This document shows, in pieces, positions 1 through 6,596 of a DNA stretch of 17,320 nt. The stretch's first letter is position 1; each line of letters starts with the position of its first letter. The DNA is from an uncultured archaeon (GTDB lineage: Archaea; Asgardarchaeota; Heimdallarchaeia; Heimdallarchaeales; Heimdallarchaeaceae): the NCBI GenBank assembly GCA_964549075.1, contig CAZJUB010000055.1, forward strand, positions 1-17,320, in the 5' to 3' direction. The position numbers and the translations under genes were made by a program. The notes beneath the pieces are model-generated. The model made no database searches. It was not told where the DNA came from and saw only the letters and a list, made by a program, of their open reading frames with translations.

Positions 1-95
1 TTAATTATATATTTTAGGCATCCAAAGATACTCAAAATTAATTTTCATTCAAAATTTAACTAAGGTAATTTCTCGATTCTATTTTTCTGAATAAT

Positions 96-608
96 TTATT
101 TAGATTCTTCTATTGAAATATCTGATTTAGCAGTAACTAACTCTTTAGACATTAAATCTGATATTTGAATTGTACCATTTTCTTCGAATAAAATATCTCG
201 AGTGGTAAGAATTCCTACCAAAGTATTATTATTTTCAGTTACCAGAATACCTGAAATTCCTTTTTCATCCATCATTCTTTTAGCATCAGCTAAAGTATTT
301 GTTGGAGATAACGTATAAGGATGGTCAATTCTGATCATTTCAGAGCGTTTAACCTTATTTACTTCTGAAACTTGATCTTCTACAGACATAAAACGATGAA
401 TAATTCCTATAGCTCCTAGTTGAGCCATAACTATACTCATTTTACTCTCACAAACTGTATCCATGTTTGAAGCAACAATCGGAATATTAAGAGAAATATT
501 TCTTGACAATTTTGATGCTGTATTTACATCTTGTCTTGAAGAAACAGAAGATCTTTTAGGAACAAGAAGTACGTCGTCAAATGTTAACCCTAGACGCATA
601 AAACTCAA
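96..608 (-). CDS. guaB: IMP dehydrogenase / GMP reductase family, N-terminal part with CBS subdomain; truncated by a premature stop (pseudogene or sequence error)
   Basis: GLTFDDVLLVP, LNIPIVASNMDTV and GIIHRFMS are IMPDH/GMPR N-terminal motifs, followed by CBS repeats. Homology continues in frame past TAA 96-98 (IIQKNRIEKLP). The catalytic domain is absent. Start is TTG 608 or ATG 599. Confidence 0.85.
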   Translation of the reverse strand: MSFMRLGLTFDDVLLVPKRSSVSSRQDVNTASKLSRNISLNIPIVASNMDTVCESKMSIVMAQLGAIGIIHRFMSVEDQVSEVNKVKRSEMIRIDHPYTLSPTNTLADAKRMMDEKGISGILVTENNNTLVGILTTRDILFEENGTIQISDLMSKELVTAKSDISIEESK

Positions 609-630
609 TCCAATGAGAGAAAGAATCTGG

Positions 631-638
631 ATTTAAAA
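631..638 (-). promoter_or_regulatory. Putative archaeal TATA box (TTTTAAAT) for guaB
   Basis: 22 nt upstream of TTG 608, a spacing repeated at several genes in the window. Confidence 0.45.
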
Positions 639-716
639 GGATTGTTTACCTAGTCTGGAAAATTGAAATAAAATGCAACTCCTTTTTAAATTGCTTTACT
701 TCTGTTTATATGCATA

Positions 717-724
717 TTTATATA
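717..724 (+). promoter_or_regulatory. Putative archaeal TATA box (TTTATATA)
   Basis: Consensus-like box 31 nt upstream of ATG 756. Confidence 0.5.
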
Positions 725-755
725 AGACTGTATATACAAACAAAACCAGATTAAT

Positions 756-1643
756 ATGAATCAAGGCATAAATATTCAATTATTTGAAAGATCCAAACAT
801 AATATTTCAGATAGTGCAAACAAACTGAAGAATTACATCATTTTTCAACTTGTGCTTGGAATAATTCTAGCTATTATTCTAGGAGTAACTCTTTTCGTTG
901 CTTTGGGGTTTACAACAGCTGAATTGGAGAATTTAAATCAAAATAACATGTATCAGTTTGGTCAAGATCTTATTAATAGGGGTTTATTTTCTACAGCAGT
1001 TGTAGCAGCAGTATTTCTAATTCTTGTAGGAGTAGCTTTCATAATTGTAAGTATTTTGTTATTTGTGCAATACATTAGGTTAGGATCTTCTTTCAATAAA
1101 TTATATGAATCTGAAAGAATGGTAGGAGCATCTAAAAATATTAGTTATGGATTTTATGGTTATGTAGTTGCAGTAATCATAGGATTCTTTGCTCCAGGTA
1201 TTGGAGGATCAATTGTATCAATTGCTGGGAATACCTCTCTAGCTATTGCAGCTTACTTTATCTACCAATTATTTATAGAATATAGGGATCTAGGAAGATT
1301 TAGAGGAAAACCATCAAACCTACTATTCATTGGTCTAGCTTTACAAATAATATCATCAATAGTGTCATTTTTCACATTGTACGGTGGGTTGGTAGGACTA
1401 ATAGGTTTTATCATGATGTTGATGGGATTCAGAGATTTAAGTAGAGACATGAAACTTGTTGCATCTCCAGGAAGACAAGTAGCTCAAAAACAAGCACCAC
1501 AAGCAGCTGTTTATACACCTACTCAACCTGCAAAAGCACCAGCTCAAGCAACAGCTGATACAAAAATAAAGTATTGTGAGAACTGTGGTGCAAAACTGAT
1601 AGCTAACGCTAAGTTTTGTTCTAGCTGTGGCGCTAATGTGTGA
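756..1643 (+). CDS. Multi-pass membrane protein with C-terminal zinc-ribbon domain (DUF973/DUF996-like architecture)
   Basis: About 6 hydrophobic segments, a Q/A/P-rich linker, then CENC-x10-CSSC at the C-terminus. Confidence 0.8.
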   Translation: MNQGINIQLFERSKHNISDSANKLKNYIIFQLVLGIILAIILGVTLFVALGFTTAELENLNQNNMYQFGQDLINRGLFSTAVVAAVFLILVGVAFIIVSILLFVQYIRLGSSFNKLYESERMVGASKNISYGFYGYVVAVIIGFFAPGIGGSIVSIAGNTSLAIAAYFIYQLFIEYRDLGRFRGKPSNLLFIGLALQIISSIVSFFTLYGGLVGLIGFIMMLMGFRDLSRDMKLVASPGRQVAQKQAPQAAVYTPTQPAKAPAQATADTKIKYCENCGAKLIANAKFCSSCGANV

Positions 1644-1715
1644 TTTTTCTGTTTTATCTCGTGAAATACTGTGTTTCACGAGTACATTTTTAATCTTTTA
1701 AAATTTTTAGAAATT

Positions 1716-2627
1716 ATGACTATCCGATTCGTTACTGATTCTACTTCCGATTTATCTTGGGATTATGCGAAAAAAAACAAGGTGGAGATTGTTTCTTTAT
1801 ATATCATGATTCATGGCGAAAGTCATTTAGAAGATGAAAATTTCGACAAAGAAAGTTATTACAAATTATTTGAAGAAGAACATGCTTTTCTCCATATTCC
1901 TCAACTCAAACTTTATTCTTTTGTTCCTCAAACCTCCCAACCTAATCCTGGAGATTTTATTGAAGCTTATCAAAAACAAGTCGATGATGGAGCTACAGAA
2001 ATAATTGTAGTTAATGTTACAGAAGGTCTGAGTGGAACAATAAATAGTTCTTCTCTTGCTGCTAAACAGTTCTTAAGAAACAATCAAGAGGTAAAAATTC
2101 ACATAGTTGATGCTAAATCTGCATCTTATCCAGAAGTGTTTCTAATTAGAATGGGTTTAAATCTTGTTAAGAAAGGATATGAAGCTGAGAAAATAGCAGA
2201 AGTACTTCGAGAACAAGCTCTCAAAATTAAAACAATTATTTTGCTCCCAACCTTGCGTTATTTATGGAAAGGGGGAAGATTAAGGATTTACAAATATGCT
2301 TTAGGCTCACTTTTGAGAAAGAAACCTATCGTGACCATGAATTCAGAAGGATATGTTGAAACCGCAGGATCTGCTACCACTGTAGAAGAAGGTTTGAATG
2401 AATCTTTAAGATTGAATACAGAAAACTTTGCCAAAAATCCTAGATCTTTCACAATAGTTTATGGAAGTAGGAAAGATTATGCAGAGAGAATGGCAGAAAT
2501 TATACTTGAAAGATATCCAAAAATGGAAATAGAAATAGCTCAAAGTGGTGGATCAGTTTTATCTCATCTTGGCCCAGAATCGATAGGAGTAATTGGAGAT
2601 TATACTGACGACGAATATTGGAAATAA
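1716..2627 (+). CDS. DegV / FakB family fatty-acid-binding protein
   Basis: IRFVTDSTSDL, TSQPNPGDF, LSGTINS, YLWKGGR, KPIVT and SHLGP motifs. ATG 1716 is preferred over GTG 1671 because DegV proteins begin at MxIxxxTDS. Confidence 0.93.
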   Translation: MTIRFVTDSTSDLSWDYAKKNKVEIVSLYIMIHGESHLEDENFDKESYYKLFEEEHAFLHIPQLKLYSFVPQTSQPNPGDFIEAYQKQVDDGATEIIVVNVTEGLSGTINSSSLAAKQFLRNNQEVKIHIVDAKSASYPEVFLIRMGLNLVKKGYEAEKIAEVLREQALKIKTIILLPTLRYLWKGGRLRIYKYALGSLLRKKPIVTMNSEGYVETAGSATTVEEGLNESLRLNTENFAKNPRSFTIVYGSRKDYAERMAEIILERYPKMEIEIAQSGGSVLSHLGPESIGVIGDYTDDEYWK

Positions 2628-2634
2628 CATTCTT

Positions 2635-3687
2635 CTAACTTCTATTCCTTTTTATTGACTTTAGGTACATGGAAAATCCAACCAACAAAAGTGCAAAGAT
2701 TACAATTACTCCACCAAAAGCTAAAGTTGTTGGTATTGTAGTTGACGAAAATGAGGTGCTAAAAGTACAATCTCCATCTTTGTTTAACGGATACATATCG
2801 AGAGATCCAGCTGCACCATCAAGAGCATAATAGCAACTGAATCCTAAATCTGACCACAAATTTCCAACTAAACCAATTTCATCGTACCAGATATTTTCTC
2901 CGCTATCATAAGCTTGAGAATTATAAGGTAATGAGTTATTAATAAATGAATTTAGATAAATCTCAATATCATTTGTATTAGAGGTTAAATAAACAGCATA
3001 GGCATAGTTTTCGATAAATAAATTTTGCAAGATCAAACTAGCCTGAACAGTATTGAACTTTATTCCAGTTTGGAGATTTTTGTATATCATATTATCAGTT
3101 ATAGCAATCCATATGCAATCATAAAATTCGAACCCACACTGATTATTTTTTGTACAATTGTTATAAGAAACTGTTAACAAATCTGAATTAAAAGCATATA
3201 ATCCTTTGATATTACCTTTCAACATATTTCCACTAATATTCATTTTAGAACAATGGTTAAGATACAATCCAAAGATATTATCTTCACACGTGTTATTTAA
3301 AACAGAACAATCTATTGGAGAATCTTGAAGATATATAGCATAAGTTGTAGAAACAAAATCTAGATTGATATAACAATTTTGTATAATATATTTTTTATCT
3401 ACACAGCAAATTTTGATTCCATACTCAGCAGTAGCAACAATACTATAATTGGCAATTATGTAAGGTTGTTCAGTTGTACCATTTCCCTCAAATCCATAGC
3501 TTATGAAATCATCATTTGAGTTAATTATGATAGGTTCATGAGTGATATACTCTTTAAAATAAGGAATAGGTTGAGATGAAGTTTCTTTTAAAGATGTTTG
3601 AGAGGAGTTTACTTTATTTTGATTTAAAAAAATCAAGAACATTAGAAAACTAACTAATAAAGTTCTACTGAAACCTTTCATATTCAT
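2635..3687 (-). CDS. Secreted parallel beta-helix (NosD/CASH-like) surface protein with C-terminal membrane anchor
   Basis: Signal peptide, HEPIIINSNDDF..GNGT..PYII cap, ~22-aa NN..GIxL beta-helix repeats, GNLWSD..D.YPL end motif, S/T linker, TM helix and basic tail. Confidence 0.88.
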   Translation of the reverse strand: MNMKGFSRTLLVSFLMFLIFLNQNKVNSSQTSLKETSSQPIPYFKEYITHEPIIINSNDDFISYGFEGNGTTEQPYIIANYSIVATAEYGIKICCVDKKYIIQNCYINLDFVSTTYAIYLQDSPIDCSVLNNTCEDNIFGLYLNHCSKMNISGNMLKGNIKGLYAFNSDLLTVSYNNCTKNNQCGFEFYDCIWIAITDNMIYKNLQTGIKFNTVQASLILQNLFIENYAYAVYLTSNTNDIEIYLNSFINNSLPYNSQAYDSGENIWYDEIGLVGNLWSDLGFSCYYALDGAAGSLDMYPLNKDGDCTFSTSFSSTTIPTTLAFGGVIVIFALLLVGFSMYLKSIKRNRS

Positions 3688-3712
3688 TACACAAAAAAAT
3701 AGAGAATATCTG

Positions 3713-3720
3713 ATATAAAA
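3713..3720 (-). promoter_or_regulatory. Putative TATA box (TTTTATAT) for the beta-helix gene, overlapping the T-tract after the upstream gene
   Basis: 25 nt upstream of ATG 3687. Confidence 0.45.
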
Positions 3721-3738
3721 AAATATAGGGGTAGGTTA

Positions 3739-4743
3739 TTATTTTCTTCTTGTTTTAATTAGAAGAGCTAAACTGACCATGAAACCTAAACCCAGTATGC
3801 TAAATAGATAATCATACTGAAGTGTTAGCGTATTTCCACCATCAGTGTTATCAGAATCTCCAAAATAAATTTTATCTACAGAGAACTGATAGAAAGGATG
3901 TCCTGTCTTATTGTATTGTATAAAACCTGCTATCATTCCAGTCTTTGCTTCATAAAAGAAATCACTCTCATACATAATGTAGTAACGAGTTGAATAATCA
4001 TCAATATAAATTGGTGGGCTTTCAGTATAATCTATATGAACTTTGATAATATTATAAGCTTGGTCACCTATTTCTTGTGAAATAATTCCAACTACTTCAC
4101 CTGTGAACCAACTATAATCTATAATTTCTTCTACTGCAGCTTCTGGACTGATAGCATATTGTTCTTTACTAGGAAGATAGACTTCTGAAAGCCATTGTTC
4201 TCGAATAGTAGTTTGAAGAGCTAAATCTAGCTCTGTTAAAGCTGACATACTTACAAAAACATTCCAAAGAACTTCTCTTCCATCCTCAAGCTTTACAACC
4301 ATATTACTAAGATTAGAAATATCTTGAAATGTTTCTTCACTCATTAAACTTGCTTGAACTACTACTGACCCATTAGTAATTTTAAGATAAGAAAGAGGAA
4401 CAGCTTTTGAGCGATTATGGTACCATACAAGATAACTATATTCATAAATAATACCTGTAGCAACTGTATCACTAGGAGGGGAAAATATAACAGTAATTTT
4501 CATTCCTATCTCAATTATTTTTTTAGATACATCAGGGAATTGGTGAAATTTTACTACTTTGTAAATAGTATCATATTCAAAATAAGAAAAAGACGCAAAA
4601 TTTCCTAAATCCATAACAGTGGTACCTTCAGTATAAGAACCTGGAATTAATGCAAGCTGATCAGATGCAAAGTCAGAGATAGCTTGTGTTGAACCAATAA
4701 ATAAAAATATCAAAAAGAACCCCACAAATACTTTCTTGAACAT
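3739..4743 (-). CDS. Hypothetical secreted protein with C-terminal TM anchor
   Basis: Signal peptide from ATG 4743 (MFKKVFVGFFLIFLF; ORF open to 4764), acidic/aromatic beta-rich body with a YEAKTG motif, C-terminal TM + KTRRK. Confidence 0.75.
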   Translation of the reverse strand: MFKKVFVGFFLIFLFIGSTQAISDFASDQLALIPGSYTEGTTVMDLGNFASFSYFEYDTIYKVVKFHQFPDVSKKIIEIGMKITVIFSPPSDTVATGIIYEYSYLVWYHNRSKAVPLSYLKITNGSVVVQASLMSEETFQDISNLSNMVVKLEDGREVLWNVFVSMSALTELDLALQTTIREQWLSEVYLPSKEQYAISPEAAVEEIIDYSWFTGEVVGIISQEIGDQAYNIIKVHIDYTESPPIYIDDYSTRYYIMYESDFFYEAKTGMIAGFIQYNKTGHPFYQFSVDKIYFGDSDNTDGGNTLTLQYDYLFSILGLGFMVSLALLIKTRRK

Positions 4744-4835
4744 AGAATCACATCTTCTATACATATTAGTACACTTAAAGATTTAAATAATTTTGCAAGA
4801 AAAAAAATACAAACATGATCCAAACAGCTTTACAC

Positions 4836-5426
4836 TTAAGTTTGCTTAACAGATGTATTTTCAATACTCTCCAGAATGTGTTTTACTTGCATTCCTAATA
4901 ATTCTATGTGTTCCAGTTCGTGTTCTCTTTGATAATGATGGAAATAATCACTCCCATAATACATAATTAAAAATCCACTAAGAAGTCCAACTAGTACAAA
5001 TCCCACAATTGAGATTGGATTTCCATTTGGGATGAAACTTAGAAGTATAGATCCACTTAAAATAGTGCTGTAATATATCCACCAATATCTCATAAAAGAG
5101 AACCAGATAGGTTTTCGAGACTTGTTTCTTTGTCTTGCTTCTAATATTTCTAATATAATTTTATCTAAGTCTAATAATATTTTACGAGAGATTTCTACTA
5201 TCACTAAATCACCGATTCTATCTTGTTTAAATGCAAGTTTTACTATCCAATAAAACAGATTTTTCGATAAATATAGAGAATAGTATTCTAGTGATTCTTC
5301 CTCTGCCTTCTTAACTTTATAATCGAGCTCTGTTATTTTTGTCTCTAAAATTGAGATTATAGTCAATAGATCTTTATCTCTAAAACGAACTTCAAAGCTC
5401 TCAGTAGTCATTAATTGATAAGACAT
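4836..5426 (-). CDS. Hypothetical membrane protein (helical N-terminus, two TM helices)
   Basis: 196-aa ORF filling the intergenic space, with two hydrophobic segments separated by PNGNP. Confidence 0.7.
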   Translation of the reverse strand: MSYQLMTTESFEVRFRDKDLLTIISILETKITELDYKVKKAEEESLEYYSLYLSKNLFYWIVKLAFKQDRIGDLVIVEISRKILLDLDKIILEILEARQRNKSRKPIWFSFMRYWWIYYSTILSGSILLSFIPNGNPISIVGFVLVGLLSGFLIMYYGSDYFHHYQREHELEHIELLGMQVKHILESIENTSVKQT

Positions 5427-5513
5427 TACAGTATATTTGAATGTTCCAAAACTAATAATTAAATTGTAAAAAATTAGACTTAATTTACCATTTTTTCTAG
5501 TTTTAATTTACTT

Positions 5514-5552
5514 AAAAAAGGAAAGTATAATGAAATAAAAGTAAAGGGAGAG
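5514..5552 (-). terminator. Oligo-T/pyrimidine-rich archaeal-type terminator region after tdh
   Basis: T-rich tract ending TTTCCTTTTTT on the minus strand directly after the stop codon. Confidence 0.45.
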
Positions 5553-6509
5553 TTATTTGTAAGGTATTACAAGTTTCTTACTTACTCCTTCCAACATCTC
5601 AATTACCATTTTGTCAAATGGAAATTCAGGTTTCCAACCCCATTCTTTTCTAGCTGCACTATCATCTAAGCTATGTGGCCATGAACGTGCAATTCCATCT
5701 CGAAAATCAGGTTTGTAAGTAATCTCAAAATCAGGTATATAGTCTTTAATAGCATCAGCTAATTGTTCTGGAGTAAAACTCATACTTGTAACATTGTAAA
5801 CACGATGTTGTAGTTTATCATCAGGAGCTTCAATTAGATCAAAAGTTGATTTCAAACAATCAGACATCATCATCATTGGAAGTTCAACATCAGGTCCTAA
5901 GAAACATTCGTATTTTTTATTCTTAATTGCTTCATAAAAAATCCATATAGCATAATCTGTTGTACCACCGCCTGGTTCCTCAGGACTCAACACTCCCGGA
6001 TATCTTAAACTTCTGAAATTCAATCCATACTTCTTGTTATAATAATTCCCCATCAGTTCTATATAGACTTTCGAAACACCATAAATACTAGTTGGTTCCA
6101 TTATTGTTATATTAGGTGTATTATCTAATGGTGTTGTTGGACCAAAAGCTGCTATAGATGAAGGAGAAAAAAGCTGCTCTAGATTCAATTCTCTTGTAGC
6201 TTCTAAGACGTTATAAAAACCTTCAAAATTGATCGAATGTGCTAATTGAGGATTCCTTTCACCTGTTGCAGAAAGAACAGAGGCGTTGTGAATGACAATA
6301 TCGATATCATATTCAACTAATAACCTTCTTAAACCATATTCATCTCGTGCATCCAATCTATTATAAATTACATCTAATTCCTTGAAAGCTTCAGGAATCT
6401 TTTTTCTTCCAGTTGCTATTACATTTTCCTTCCCATAACGTTTTAACATTGCAGGAACAAGATCCATTCCGATTTGCCCATACGAGCCAGTTACAAGATA
6501 TTTCTTCAT
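5553..6509 (-). CDS. tdh: L-threonine 3-dehydrogenase (extended SDR, NAD-dependent epimerase/dehydratase fold)
   Basis: LVTGSYGQIG, LSATGE, SSIAAFGP, YGVSK (YxxxK), PGGGTTDYA and IARSWP motifs characteristic of SDR-type TDH. Confidence 0.92.
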   Translation of the reverse strand: MKKYLVTGSYGQIGMDLVPAMLKRYGKENVIATGRKKIPEAFKELDVIYNRLDARDEYGLRRLLVEYDIDIVIHNASVLSATGERNPQLAHSINFEGFYNVLEATRELNLEQLFSPSSIAAFGPTTPLDNTPNITIMEPTSIYGVSKVYIELMGNYYNKKYGLNFRSLRYPGVLSPEEPGGGTTDYAIWIFYEAIKNKKYECFLGPDVELPMMMMSDCLKSTFDLIEAPDDKLQHRVYNVTSMSFTPEQLADAIKDYIPDFEITYKPDFRDGIARSWPHSLDDSAARKEWGWKPEFPFDKMVIEMLEGVSKKLVIPYK

Positions 6510-6530
6510 GGAACAAAGAGAAAAAGAGGA

Positions 6531-6538
6531 TTTTAAAA
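6531..6538 (-). promoter_or_regulatory. Putative TATA box (TTTTAAAA) for tdh
   Basis: 21 nt upstream of ATG 6509, with no SD, consistent with a leaderless mRNA. Confidence 0.45.
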
Positions 6539-6568
6539 ATTTATTGCAATGTAAAAGAGAAAATATTT

Positions 6569-6595
6569 AAAAAAATAAAGGAAAAGAAAAAGAGG
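6569..6595 (-). terminator. Oligo-T terminator after the large surface-protein gene
   Basis: Near-continuous pyrimidine tract with T runs of 4-7 nt directly after TAA 6597. Confidence 0.55.
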
Positions 6596-6596
6596 A

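Noticed and set aside
58-98. Stop-codon recoding or programmed frameshift in guaB
   Set aside because: TAA and TAG end other genes normally in this window, and multiple lesions plus loss of homology fit error or decay better
708-738. 10-bp palindromes ATATGCATAT (708-717) and TGTATATACA (729-738) flanking a TATA box
   Set aside because: Different sequences, AT-rich and not seen repeated elsewhere; cannot be distinguished from chance
1262-1679. Minus-strand ORFs 1262-1450 and 1437-1679 (the latter Cys-rich)
   Set aside because: Antisense shadows of the zinc-ribbon membrane gene; the Cys richness arises from reversed GCA/ACA codons
4417-4608. 63-aa + strand ORF
   Set aside because: Antisense inside a longer credible CDS, no motif
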